Below, in pieces: positions 10,311 through 22,898 of a stretch of 64,000 bases of DNA. The stretch's first letter is position 1. Each line of letters begins with the position of its first letter. Source of the DNA: Mobula hypostoma (lineage: Eukaryota); NCBI RefSeq assembly GCF_963921235.1, contig NC_086109.1:6884001-6948000 (forward strand). The letters run 5' to 3'. The notes under the pieces were generated by a model. It was not told the DNA's origin. It searched no databases and saw only the letters and a list, made by a program, of their open reading frames with translations. The position numbers were made by a program, and so were the translations under genes.

Positions 10311-10874
10311 AGAAATACCAGGGCTTGAAAGAGCAGATAGAAAGGATGTGGAAGGTTAAAGCCAGCGTAATCCCGGTGGTGATTAGAGCACTTGGAACTG
10401 TGACACCTGAGAGCAGGCTCCAACAAATCCTGGGAACAACATCTGAGATCTCGGTCTGGGAGAGTGCACTACTGGGAACAGCTAGGATACTGTGCTGAAA
10501 CCTCAAGCTCCCAGACCTCTGGTAGAGGACCCGAGATTGAAGAAAAAATACACATACACAGCATCCATAAGGGGAGAGAGAGAAAAAAAAATATAATAGT
10601 TAAATTAAATAAGTAGTGCAAAAATAGAAATAAAATTTAGCGAGGAAGTTTTCATGGGTTCAATCTCCATTCGGAAATTGGACGGCAGAGGGGAAGAAGC
10701 TGTTCCTGAATCATTGAGTGTGTGCCTTCAGGCTCCTGTACCTCCTTCCTGATGGAAGCAATGAGAACAAGGCATGACCTGGGCGATGGGGGTCCTTAAT
10801 GACGGACAGTTGATGTTTTGGGATTGAGCTCCTTCATCTGGGCTGATCGCATTGCCTTCTGTTTCGGGTAACTA

Positions 10875-12545
10875 ATACACAAGTGTGAGATGATGCATTT
10901 TGGAAAGTCAAGCCAGCATAGGATTTATACTATGAATGGTAGGGCGGGAGGGAATGTAATGAAACAGAGGGACCAAGGAATACAAGGGCATAGTTCATTG
11001 AAAGCAATGCCACAGGTGGACAGGGTGGTGAAAAGGGCCCTTTAGCATGCTGGCCTTCATCACTCAGGCACTGGGACGTGTTGCAGTTCTGTAAGTCACT
11101 GGTGAGTCCCACTTGGAGTGCTGTGTACAGTTTTGGTCACCCTGTTACAGAAACGATATGATTAAACAGGACCGAGTGCAGGAAAGACTTACGAAGACGT
11201 TGCCAGGACTCAAAGGCCTGAGTTATAGGGGGAGGATGGCTAGGGTAGGTCTTCATTCCTTGGAGCATAAGAGAATCGGGGGGGGGGGTGCAGACTTTAT
11301 AAAAATGTTTAAAACTATGATCAGGTGTGTGGCAATGATCTTCTCTCTGGAGTAGGGGAGTCCAAGACTGGGGGTGGGAGACAGAGGTTTAAAAGGGACC
11401 AGAGAGGCAACCTTTCCACACAGAGGGTGAGGACTATATGGAACAGCGTGCCAGAGGAAGTGATTGAAGCAGGTAGAACAAGATGATTTAAGAAGCAGTT
11501 GGGTAGGTACAGAAAGGGGCAGGGCTCGGAGGAATATGAGCTAAATACAGGAATTTGGGACTAGCTGATTGGTTTAGGACTAGCTAGGTGGATACATTGG
11601 TCAGAAGGTCCTGTATTCGTGCTATATGACTCTATGCTAACTGCCTGCATTTTATACGGTGCTATTGCCATTTAACTCTAGAGATAGATTGTTTAAATAT
11701 ATATAAGTTCAAAATAAATTTATTATCAAAGTACATATATGTCACCATCTACTACCCTGAGATTCATCTTCTTTCAGGCATTCACAGTAGAACAAAGACA
11801 TACAATAGAATCAATGAAAAACTTCACACAAACAAAGACTGACAACCAATGAGCAAAAGGAGAAAGACTGCTAAAACAAAAAAAAACTAAGAACATGAGT
11901 TGGAGAGTTCTTGACATCAGAGGACATCAATACCAATGAGGTGTGTTGGCAGGGGGACTCAGTTCAAGAGCCGAGAGGTGATGTTGCAACTCTATAAAAC
12001 CCTGTACTCGGAATATGGTGTTCTGTTCCAGTCGCCTCATTATAAGAAGGCTGTGGAAACTTTAGAAAGGTGCAGAGGATATTTATCAGGATGCTGCCTG
12101 GTCTAGAGACCATATCTCATGAGAAAGCATTGGTTTTTCTCTTTGGAGTGAAAGAGGATGAGAGGTGACTTGACAGAGGTGTCCAAGATGATAAGAGGCA
12201 TAGACAGCGTGGACGGTCAGAGTCTTTTCCCCAGGGTGGAAATGGCTAACGTGAGTGGGCATTCATAATGTTAAGGTGATTGGAGGAAAGTATAGGGGGG
12301 GACGTCAGAGGGAGGTGTTTTACACAGAGAGTGGAGGGTGAGTGGAATGCATTGCCAGGGGTGGTGGCAGGGGCAGAAACACTGAGGACAGTGAACTGAC
12401 TCTTAGGTAGGCACATGGATGATGGAAAAATGGAGGGTTACGTGAGAAGGAAGGGTTAGATTGATTTTAGAATAAGTTAAAAGGTTGGCTCAGCGTTGTG
12501 GCCAAAGGGTCTGTACTGTGCTGTAATATTCTATGTTTTATGTTC
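10875..12545 (+). mobile_element. Two decayed CR1-type LINE fragments with an intervening LINE-tail repeat
   Basis: LECCVQFWSP..., ttttacacagagagtgg...tggaatgc motifs and ttctatg tails. Confidence 0.75.
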
Positions 12546-12554
12546 TAATACAGA

Positions 12555-13290
12555 GGACTTCAGTACTAATCAACAAGCTTCAAAACCTCGCCCTTTGTAA
12601 CCTTTGTAAGAGTAAGCCTGCACTGCTCCTTGTTACTATTGATGGTGAGGACGTGGATGTAGTGGGGACCCACAAGTACCTGGGGGTGCAGTTGGATGAC
12701 AGACTTGAGTGGAGCACCAACACAGAGGCTGTGTACAGGAAAGGCCAGAGTCGCCTCCACTTCCTGAGGAGACTGAGGTCCCTCGGAGTGTGCAGGCCTC
12801 TCCTTCACATGTTCTACCAGTCTGCTGTCACCAGTGCAATCTTCTATGCGGTGGGGTGCTGGGGCAATGGCATCAACACGAGTGATGCCAACAGGCTCAA
12901 TAAACTGATTAGAAAGATAGGAGTCAAACTGGACACACTGGAGGCTGTGGTAGAACAAAGGACCCTACGGAAAATCCTGGCGATTCCAGACAATGTTTCT
13001 CGCCCTCTGCGTGCCACCGTGTCTGAACAGAGGAGCACTTTTACTAATAGATAAGACAACTGCGCTGCCCCAAAGAGCTCTATATGAGGTCATTCTTACC
13101 CCCAGCCATTAGGCTCTATAATGAGTCAACCTATAGCTGGGAAAGTGATGACCCCCTCTTGTACGACTGTTTGTGGTAACTTATTTTTTATTCTTTATAC
13201 TTTCCTTATAATATTTATATCTGTGCACTTGTAATGCTACTGTGACCCTGTTATTTCCTTTTGGGATCAATAAAGTATCTATCTATCTTC
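12555..13290 (+). mobile_element. Rex1/Babar-type LINE 3' fragment
   Basis: KYLGVQLDDRLEWSTNTEAVYRKGQSRLHFLRRLRS...CWGNG; tail gggatcaataaagtatctatctatct. A related copy lies at ~25600-25955(-). Confidence 0.8.
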
Positions 13291-14860
13291 CTCTGTAACT
13301 GCATCCTTGACTTCCTAATTGGGAGCTACAGTCAGTGCGGATTGGAAATAACACCTCCTCTTCGCTAACAATCAGCACAGGCACATCTCAAGGATGCCTC
13401 CTTTGCCCGATGCTCTATTCTCGCCACACCCATAACTGTGCGGCTAGGAACCGCTCAAACACCGTAGATAAATTTACCGATGACGCAGCTATTGCTGGCG
13501 GGATTACAGATGGCGACGAGGAGGCGTCCAGGCGTGAGACAGATCAGCTGGTTGAGTGGTGTCGCAGCAACAACTGTCCCCCTGGTGTCAGTGAGAACGA
13601 GGACTTCAGGAAGGGGAAGTCGAGGGAACACACTCCAGTCCTCACTGAGGGTCGGCAGTGGAAAGGATGAGCAGTTTCAGGTTCCTGTGTATCGACATGC
13701 AGGTACAGCAGGCAGTGAAGAAAGCTAATGGCATGTTGGCCTTCATAACAAGGGGAGTTGAGTATAGGAGCAAAGAGGTCCTTCTGCAGTTGTACAGGGC
13801 CCTGGTGAGACCACACCTGGAGTATTGTGTGCAGTTTTGGTCTCCAAATTTGAGGAAGGACATTCTTGTTATTGAGGGAGTGCAGTGTAGGTTCACAAGG
13901 TTAATTCCCGGGATGGCAAGACTGTCATATGTTGAAAGATTGGAGCGAGTAGGCTTCTATACACTGGAAATTAGAAGGCTGAGAGGGGATCTGATTGAAA
14001 CATATAAGATTATTAAGGGATTGGACATGCTGGAGGCAGGAAGCATGTTCCTGCTGATGGGGGAATCCAGAACCAGAGGCCACAGTTTAAGAATAAGGGG
14101 TAGACCATTTAGAACAGAGTTGAGGAAAAACTTTTTCACACAGAGGGTTGTGGTTCTGTGGAATGCTCTGCCTTAGAAGGCAGTGGAGGCCAATTCTCTG
14201 GATTCTTTCAAGAAAGAGTTAGATAGAGCTCTTAATGATAGCGGAGTGAAGGGATATGGGGATAAGGCAGGAAAAGGGTACTGATTGTGGATGATCAGCC
14301 ATGATCACAGTGAATGGTGGTGCTGGCTCGAAGGGCTGAATGGCCTACTCCTGCACCTATTGTCTATTGTCTATTGTCTAACACTATCCTGGGCCCAGGA
14401 TACCAATACACCCACAGAGAAGGCATGCCAGCGGCTAAACTTCAGTACGAGTTTGAGGAGATTAGGTTTGTCACGAAAAACTCTCGCAAGTTTCTACATG
14501 GCAGAAAGCATTCTGACTGGTTGCAATCTCTGTCTGGTATGGAGACGCCAGGGAACAGGACCAGAAAAAACTGCAGAGGCTTTGAAGACTCAGCCAGATC
14601 CATCATGGACAGTAGGCTCCCCACCATCAAGGACATCTTTAAAAGGCGATGACTCAAGAAGACGGCGTCCATCCCGAAGGACGCGCACCACATTGTCCTC
14701 TTCTCATTACCACCATCAGTGAGGAGGTACAAGAGCCTGAAGACACACAACATTTTTAGGAACAGCTTCTTCCCTTTTGCCATCAGATTTCTGAATGGTC
14801 CATGAACCCATGAACACTACCTGTTTTCCTCTCTTTTGTACTATTTATATATTTTTAAAT
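13291..14860 (+). mobile_element. Rex1/Babar-like LINE remnant split by a CR1 insertion
   Basis: TGTSQGCLLCP..., KFTDD..., and later AESILTGC, LPTIKDIF, aggaggtacaagagcctgaagac motifs. Confidence 0.7.
13696..14378 (+). mobile_element. CR1-type LINE 3' end (fairly young)
   Basis: KKANGMLAFITRGVEYRSKEVLLQLYRALVRPHLEYCVQFWSP...WNALP; (tattgtc)n tail. Confidence 0.9.
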
Positions 14861-14871
14861 CTATTTCTCAT

Positions 14872-15209
14872 CAATGTTCCCTCTATTTTTTTTCAGCTGC
14901 ATGGACCAAAGATTGCTCTGAGCAGGAAATTTTTACATGGCCTGAAATCAGTGCGGCAATTTAAATTTTTTTTAATATAATATGCACACTATGAATATTT
15001 AGAATGAAAATTGAAGAACCACATACCTTTGGTTTTATTTACTAACTGAAGGGTATAATGATGTACAGTACAACAAAGAAAATCTTTGACGTTACATAAA
15101 CTTTTTCTTGTCAGTCTTTATTCCAGCTGTGTGGCAAAAATGGCTATGTGCGTGGGGTCATTTCAGTTACTGTGCGGCAGTGCCCCCTCGCAGCTTAGAG
15201 GAAACAGAG
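14872..15209. mobile_element. hAT-type MITE with 8-bp TSD
   Basis: Imperfect TIRs caatgttccctcta / tagaggaaacagag; TSD tttctcat at 14864-14871 and 15210-15217. Confidence 0.8.
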
Positions 15210-15529
15210 TTTCTCATTGTAATGCACAGTAATTTTTTTAATGCATTGCACTGTGCAGCTGCTGCAAAACTACAAATTTCACAAGGTTCTGGTTGATTGA
15301 AATCCACTGAGTTGTTGCATCATCGAATCACATTAGGTGGCGCAACAGCACAGCCTGAGAGAGGTCACTGATCGGGGAGTCACTGCATTAATCATTGTCC
15401 ATGGTTAGGAGCACGTACTGAGTGAAGAGTAAGGCTGGAAACTTTCAATGGGACCCGCTTCTCCACAGTGATCTGTTTAACCTCAAGGGAGAGAGCTCGG
15501 CAGCCAGTTGCTAAGATGGTGGGATTCAA

Positions 15530-16465
15530 GAGTTCAGAGTAAATCTATCATCAGAGTACATAAACCCTGAGGTTCATTTTCTTGTAAGCATTCTTAATAA
15601 ATCCATAATAGAATAATAACCATAAAAGAATTAATGAAAGACTGCACCAACTTGGACGTTCAACCAGTGAGCAAAGAACAACAAGCTGTGCAAATACAAA
15701 AAGAAAGAAATAATAATAAATAAATAAGCAATAAATATCGAGAACATGAGATGAAGTGCCCTTGAAAGTCAGCCCATTGCTTGTGGGATGGGGCCAGTGA
15801 AGTTGAGTGAAGTTATCCCTTTTGGTTCAAGAGCCTGACGGTTGAGGGATAATAACCGTTCCTGAGCCTGGTGGTATGAGTCTTGAGGCTCCTCTACCTT
15901 CTTCCTGATGGCAGCGGTGAGGAGAGAGCATGACCTGGGTGGTGGGGATCCCCATTGATGGATGTTGCTTCCCTGCGACAGCTTTCCACGAAGATGTGCT
16001 CAGTGGTGGGGAGGGCTTTACCCGTGATGGACTGGGCCGTATCCACTACTTTTTGCAGGATTTTTCATTCAAAGACATTGGCGCTTCCGTACCAGGCTGT
16101 GATGCAGCCAGTCAATATACTCTCCACTACACATCTATAGAAGTTTGTCAAAGTTTTAGATGTCATGCCGAATCTCCTCAAACTCCTGAGGAAGCAGAAG
16201 TGCCGCCATGTTTTCTTCATAATTGTACTTACGTGCCAGGCCCTATCCTCCGAAATGATAACACTGAGGAGTTTGACGTTACTGACTCTCTCCACCTCTG
16301 ATCCCCCCCATGAGGACTGGCTCATTGTCCTCTGGTTTTCTCCTGCTGAGGTCAATAATCAGCTCCTTGGTCTTGCTTGACATTGAGAAAGAGGCTGTTG
16401 TTGTGGCAGTGCTCAGCTGGATTTTCAAACTCCTTCTTGTACACTGATTCGTCACCACCTTTGAT
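15530..16465 (-). mobile_element. Rex1/Babar-like LINE 3' remnant
   Basis: FLRSLRRFGMTSKTLTNFYRCVVESILTGCITAWYG on the minus strand. Confidence 0.75.
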
Positions 16466-17464
16466 TCGGAGAGACTGCAGATGATGGCATCTCAACCAGG
16501 AAGCAAACTCTGTGGGTCAGGCAGCGTCTGAGGGGGCGGGGCAGAATGGATCATTGACATTTTGGGTCGAGACTCTTCATCAGTTGACTGCCCATTTCTC
16601 TCTGGAGATGCTGTCTGACCTGCTGAGTTCCTCCACTGGTCCACTTCTGGCGGGAACGATGTTCGATCACACTGGCTTCTACAGGGTCGAACAAGGTTTC
16701 CTTTCAAGTGCATTTTTTTATGATCACAAGACCCTGCTGGAGATCCAGAACCTAATGGTACTGCAGGTCTACCCCACCAGGGAGTTGCTGGTTGGTGGAG
16801 AAGCCGAAGGAGCTGGATTGTGCGGCTGTCTGTGTCCGAGAGGATTTGCAGGGGTCAGTACCTGAAGGAAGAGTGCAGCCTGACAGCGAGCGATCGTCCC
16901 GGTCGCTTCTTCCGGTGATTGCAAGACCCTGTTGAACATCTTTAATGTGGAACGCTGCAAGTCCGGTTCACTTGTTTACTGGCGGGTGGCGGGGGAGCTG
17001 GGAGGCCTCAGTCACGGCAGGGCAATGACCAGGCCTCAGTCCACGCTGCTGATTATTTACAGCCGCCCAGGAGAGAGGCATCGGTGCCAGCACACTCCAC
17101 CAGAGGTGGCGTGGTGCGCCCTCCAGTGCTGCCCCTCGGTGTATGCTCGGCAAAAGGCAAACTGTGTTGAGTTCATGGACTCAGAGGCTTGGACAGTTTA
17201 TTTTTGTGTGACTGTATTTTACTAATGTCTTATATTTGTTTTCAATCTCATATGTGCCTTGTGCCGTGTATGAGTGTTGGTACTGTGTTGTGTTCCTTGG
17301 ATCCGGAGGAACACTGTTTCACTTGGCTGCCCTCATGGACGGTCATGTCTGGTTGAATGACCACTTGAACATGAACTACTGGAGGAAGTGGTTGAGGCAG
17401 ATGCATTAACAATATTTAAAAAGCACTTGGACAGACACTGTACATGGATGAGAAAGGTTTAGAC

Positions 17465-17545
17465 CAGGGGTTCCCAACCTGGTGTCCATGGACCTCTTGG
17501 TTAATGGTAGGGATCCCATGGCATAAAAAAGGTTGTGAACCCTTG
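17465..17545. mobile_element. Very short hAT(Charlie-like) MITE
   Basis: TIRs caggggttcccaacc / ggttgtgaacccttg; degenerate 8-bp TSD gtttagac / gtttacag. Confidence 0.7.
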
Positions 17546-18360
17546 GTTTACAGGGAGATGATCCAAATGCGAGCAAATGGGACTAGCTTGGTTTCACCAG
17601 GGTCAGCATGGACCAGTAGGGCCAAAGGGCCTGTCTCATGCTGTAAAACTACTACAGGGCTTTCCCAACTGCATGTCTTCGAATATCAGCGCATGAGACA
17701 GAATTGCATTCAACCACCAGGCTCTTGAACCAGAGGGGGTGACTTCACTCGCCACGTCACTGAACTGTTCCTCACAACCTACAGACTCACTTTTGTCATT
17801 ATTACTTTCTCTGTGGTATTTTGCAGTTTGTTGTATTTTGCACTCTGGTTGTTTACCCATCCTGCTGGGTACAGTCTTTCAATAATTCTACTGTGTTTAC
17901 TGTGTGTGCCTACAGGAAAATGAAACTCAGGGTTCTACATCATGACATATATGTACTTCGATAATAAATTTACTTTGAACTTTCGAATTATCTTTCCCAA
18001 TTAATTGAAGTGAGTTCTTCAGCGCTTGGAATGAAGAATATTTTGAGCACGCAGACTAGAAATGTCATAGAACGGGAACCAATTGTCAGGATGTGTTGCT
18101 TGGAAAAACCATTCTGATCTGTCCTCTCCTATTAGATTCCTTCTTCAGCCCCTTATCTCATCTGCCTACCCTCTCAGCCCTTCTCCTCACACGTCCATCA
18201 CCTCCCTCTGGTTCCCTTCCTCCTTCCCTTTCTCCCAGGGTCCACTGTCCTCTCCTATCAGATACCTTCTTCAAATTTTTACTTCTTCCACCTATCCAGC
18301 TTCTGAATACCTCTCCCTCCTCCACTCACCACCTTCCCCCTCACCTCAAAAAAGATAATT

Positions 18361-18693
18361 GGGGGCCGGCTGGTGGCGCAATGATATCGGTGCCGGACCC
18401 GGGAGCAGAGGCTCCCGGGTTCGAAACCAGTCGGGTCCACTCCCGAGTACGTTTTCCATCCGCGCCGGGTTGAGTGTCGAGATCGCAACTCGACCTCGTA
18501 AAATAAAGGGAAAGTACTGTGGATATGTCCGTGTGAGGAGTGACACGCCACACAGTCTCTCTCTCGCTCCGTGCCTTGTAAAAGCCATGAAAAAGACATC
18601 ATCACGGATGCACGCACGGACACGCAGACGCGCACGCACGGAGACGCAGACACACACGCAGACGCATGCACACAGGCACACGCCAAAAAAAAA
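18361..18693 (+). mobile_element. Young CpG-rich tRNA-derived SINE
   Basis: A-box TGGCGCAATG (18374), B-box GGTTCGAAACC (18418), GCAC-like microsatellite and poly(A) tail, AATT at both flanks. Confidence 0.8.
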
Positions 18694-19461
18694 ATTGAGT
18701 ATCTATTGATCTCTGTTTAAATATACCCTATGACTTGGCCTCCACAGTTGTTTATGGCAATGGATTCTACAAATTCACCAATGTCTGGCGAGAGAAATTC
18801 CTCCTCATCTCTGGTCTAAAGGGACATCCTTCTGTTCTGACCCTTGCACAATTAGAACCATTCTCTTCGTCCAAACATCTGCATGTCTACACTATCCAAG
18901 TTCCTAGCTCTTTGAAAGAGGCTACCCAGGTCAATGGGGTAATTAAGAATGTTTATGTAATGCTTATTAGTCGAGGCGTTGAGTTCAAAAGTGAAGAAGT
19001 TATGTTGCAACTTTATAAAACTCTGAAATATTGTGTATAGTTCTGGTCAGCCCACTGTAGGAAGGATGTCGAGGGTGTGGAAGAGGTTCACCAGGACGCT
19101 ACCTGGTTTGGAGGGCATGAGAGGGTGGAAAAACTTGGGCAGTTTATCTCCGGAGCGCTGGAAGCTGAGGGGAGATCTGATAGAGGTTAATTCAATTATG
19201 AGAGGCACGGACAGTATCTTTTCTCTTGGGGTTGAAATGAGTATTACCACAGGGCATGCATTGAAGGTGAGAGCGGCTACATTCAAGGAAGATGTGAGGG
19301 GTAAGTTTTTTTACTCAGGGAGTGGTGGATGTCTGGGCTGCGCTGCCTGGTGTGGTGGTAAAGGCAAATACATTAGAGGCTGTTAAGAGACGTTTGGATA
19401 GGCACATGGATGTGAGGAAGATGGAGGGATATGGGCATTGTGTAGGTAGGAGGGATTAGTG

Positions 19462-20140
19462 TGTAGCCCCCCTGGCCAACCTCAAGGTCGCTCGGCTTGC
19501 TGTCGTCTAGGGAAACAGCCCTCGGCCCCGCCAAACTGGGTAATAGTTTGTGTGGATGCTGTGTGATGTACCCCACCCCGCCCAAATAACAGACAATACA
19601 CCAGATACGATTAAATGATTTACAGTTTATAGATATTACTGGAACTATATAATTAATAGAGAATAAAATATAAAAGGAAAATAAAAGGTGCCACACTTAT
19701 CAAAGTTCAATCTCTTCGTGCACAAACAGTTGGAGCTCAGGACCCTTCTTCTTCACCCTGCAACCCCTCGGACCACCTCAACCGGCCGCCTGGGCCCAAC
19801 AACAGTGGTCGACCCGACGCTCCACATGAGTCTGTCTCCGTCTCCTCGCCGAACGCCCTCCTCAGGGTCCGACCCCGTTAGCGGACATCACAGCACCTGG
19901 TCCATCCTCTGTCTCTCTCTCCTGCCTTCTCCCCCAAAACCCTGCGCATACACCAAAAACATAACAACTATCCCAATTGGTTCGTAACATATTCTTATCA
20001 CACTCTAAACCAAAACAAGCTGCTAGCACAAAAACTTTCTCAGCGTTTAACATAACAAAGAAGCATTCCCAAGTATAACATAACGAAGAAGCCATTTTAA
20101 TGAGCCTACGCAGTAACATAAGAGATGAAATCCCCTTACA
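19462..20140. mobile_element. Solo LTR with 4-bp TSD inside a CR1 3' UTR
   Basis: TGTAG...TTACA termini, AGTG at 19458-19461 and 20141-20144; the flanks rejoin into continuous CR1 UTR. Confidence 0.8.
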
Positions 20141-22670
20141 AGTGTTTGGGTGCTTTTGATTTGCTTTTGAGCTGGTTCAGCACAACATTAAGGGCTGAAT
20201 GGCCTGGTTCTATGCTGTACTGTTCTATGTTCTCTGTTTTATGTTCTATCCAAGTCTATCAGTATCCTGACAGGAAAGGGTTAAAGGATTTTCTTCTGTT
20301 AATTTTATGACCATTGGGTAATTTTATTTAAAAAAAAACATTTTATTTATTTATTAATTTACTGAAGGCCTTCTCTATTTATTTTTCTAGTTTATTCCGG
20401 ATCAGACAGTTTGCCCAGTCCACTGGCTGCATTGATTTTACGGCTATTGGGCAACTTTTAAAAATTATTTGGAGATCACCTCAGTTTGTTGTACCTGTGT
20501 TTAACTATTCCAAACAGAACAACTTACTTAACTGCGTAGCCTATTCCTATTTCAGGAACCATTGCGTAACTGGTTCACCTTCTCTCCTGGGTTTTCTTGT
20601 TTATCTGGAGTACTCTGTCCCCGTGTAGTCGTTAGGAATGTTATTAACTGACGCTTCTGGTTAAAATCAGTCTCAAATCACAACAGGGCTAAGTACTCTG
20701 GAGAGAAAAAACGGGTGTTTTAACATGTCTGCAGCTTGTTTCAGGTTGTGAAGGGAGAGGACGTACTGGTTAAAAGCTTTTTCCACTGAGGTTGGGTGAG
20801 ACTAGAACTCAAGGTCGAGGGTTAAGGGTGAAAGGTGAAATATTTCAAGGGAATATAAAGGGGAGCCTCCATTCAGAGGGTGGTTGGAGTGCTAGTGGAT
20901 GTTCAGTCGCGATCTTTAAGAGAAGTTTAGATTAATACATGGATGGGAGGGGTATAGTGGGCTACGGCCCAGGAGCTGGTCGATGGGACTAGGCTGAATA
21001 ATAGTTTGGCACAGACTAGATGGGCTGAAGGGTCTGTTTCTGTACTGTAGTGTTCTATGATTCTAAGCTCTAAGTTTGGAGGTAATAAGAAGATGAGAGG
21101 CATTGATCTTGTGGATATTCAGAGGCTTTTCCCGGGGCTGAAGTGGCTAACATGCGGGGGCATAGTTTTGAGGTGCTTGGAAGTAGGTACAGAGGGGATG
21201 TCAGTGGTAAGTTTTTCACAGAGAGAGAGGTGGGTGTGTGGAATGGGCTGCTGGCAGCGGTGGTGGAGGCGGATACAATAGGGTCTTTTAAGAGACTGTT
21301 AGATAGGTACACAGAGCTTAGAAAAATAGTGGGCTGTGTGGTAGGATAGTTCTAGGCAGTTTCTAGAGTAGGTTACTTGGTCAGCACGACATTGTAGGCC
21401 GAAGGGCCTGTAGATTTCTGTGTTCTGTGTCTTATAAACAGAAGCCTTGCAGAGAGGGTTTCTCTTGTTCCTAAAATTCTCCCCTGCTGTCCGTCTTCAC
21501 ACCCCGCTAAGTCTTACATTGTCTAACAGAATATTGCATTTCTTTTAAGATTCAGCAGGTTTCCATTGTCCTGCAGTAAATATTATTCACGTTACGGAAA
21601 CCAGCCTCCCCTCCATGGACTCTGTCTACACTTCCCACTGTCTCAGTAAAGCAGCCGGCATATTAGACCCTAACCAACCCAGATGTTCTCTCTCCTCTCC
21701 GCCCCCCACCCACCCCACCACATCTCCCGTTGGGAAGAAGAAAGGAAAGCTTGAACACACATAACATCAGGCTCAAGGGAAGCTCTACCCCATAGTTATA
21801 AGATTCATGAGTAGGAAATTTCAAAGATTACCTCTGGGTGAAGAAATTTCTTCTCCTCCCTAACTGGCTTGGCCCTCTTCTTAAGACTGTGATCCATAGA
21901 TCTAGGCACCACTGGAAGGAGTTGAAGCATTATCTTCCCTTCTCATCACTACCCGCCATCAGACTTCTGAATGGACAAGTGAGGGCCCACTTCACAGGAT
22001 CTGAAAAAGCTGCAGGAAGTTGCAAACTCAGCCAGCCCCATCACGGGCAGAAGCCATCCCAGTACTGTGGACAGCTTCGAAAGGCAGCATCCATCAGTAA
22101 AGGAGCCCTGTCACCCAGTACATGGCCTTTTCACACTACTACCATCAGGGAGGAGGTACAGGAGCCTGAACACCTGCACTCGATGTTTTAGGAACAGCTC
22201 CTTCCCTTCCACCATCAGATTTCGGAACGGTCCATGAACCCATGAACATGACGTCACTATCCTTTGGTGCTCTATTTATTTTGTAATTTATATCGATTTT
22301 ACATCTTTTGCTGCTGTGAAAGATACAAATCTCATGTTGTATGAGATGGTGATAATAAATCTGGTTCTCCTTCCTGAACGTGAGCATTTGGCTGCTGGGG
22401 AAGGGTTGTGGCAGGGTGGGACTCCAGACTGTCTGAAGTACTCACATGGACAAGGGCCGTGGTTGGAAGGGCTTGAGGATGAAGACCGGCAAGCCCTCAG
22501 GTCAGTGAGTCGTAGGATCAGAGGACTCTGTAGGCAAGAAACACAATGGCCAGTGATTCCACCCCCACCCCCACTCCAGTCAGCGAGTCCCACGGTCAGA
22601 GATCCGTGCAAGTCTGGAGTTCAAAGTCCTGTGATCAGCAAGCTCCTATGTTGATACCAGACACTGAAGC

Positions 22671-22898
22671 CTGGAAGTTGGAGGACTGATGTCTGCCAGT
22701 CTGGTCCTGGAAGTTGGAGGACTGATGTCTGCCGGTCTGGTCCAGGGCTTGGAGGCTGGAGGGCTGATGCCTCTGAGTTGGAGAGTCTGGGCCAAGGACT
22801 CTGGAAGTGGCCTGGCTCTGTGTATGTGTGTGGGTGGTTGGGAGGGTGGCTGGAAGTGGCCTGGCTCTGTGTATGTGTGTGGGTGGTTGGGAGGGTGG
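22671..22898. repeat. Local tandem duplications (36-bp x2, then 49-bp x2)
   Basis: cctggaagttggaggactgatgtctgcc.. twice; ctggaagtggcctggctctgtgtatgtgtgtgggtggttgggagggtgg at 22801 and 22850. Confidence 0.85.

Larger units (their letters stand above)
9485..10585 (+). mobile_element. R4/Dong (Rex6-like) non-LTR retrotransposon 3' fragment with restriction-like endonuclease domain
   Basis: CRLC...ETIQ...AGC zinc motif followed by HNQVA...WDFQMQIDK...NQPDRVILDK...DVAIP...KKEYEKLEKYQ, the PD-(D/E)xK-type RLE signature; decayed. Confidence 0.8.

Noticed and set aside
18361..18440. Functional tRNA genes here and at 63925-64000
   Set aside because: A/B boxes are present, but the heads continue into SINE bodies and tails and I could not build a convincing cloverleaf.
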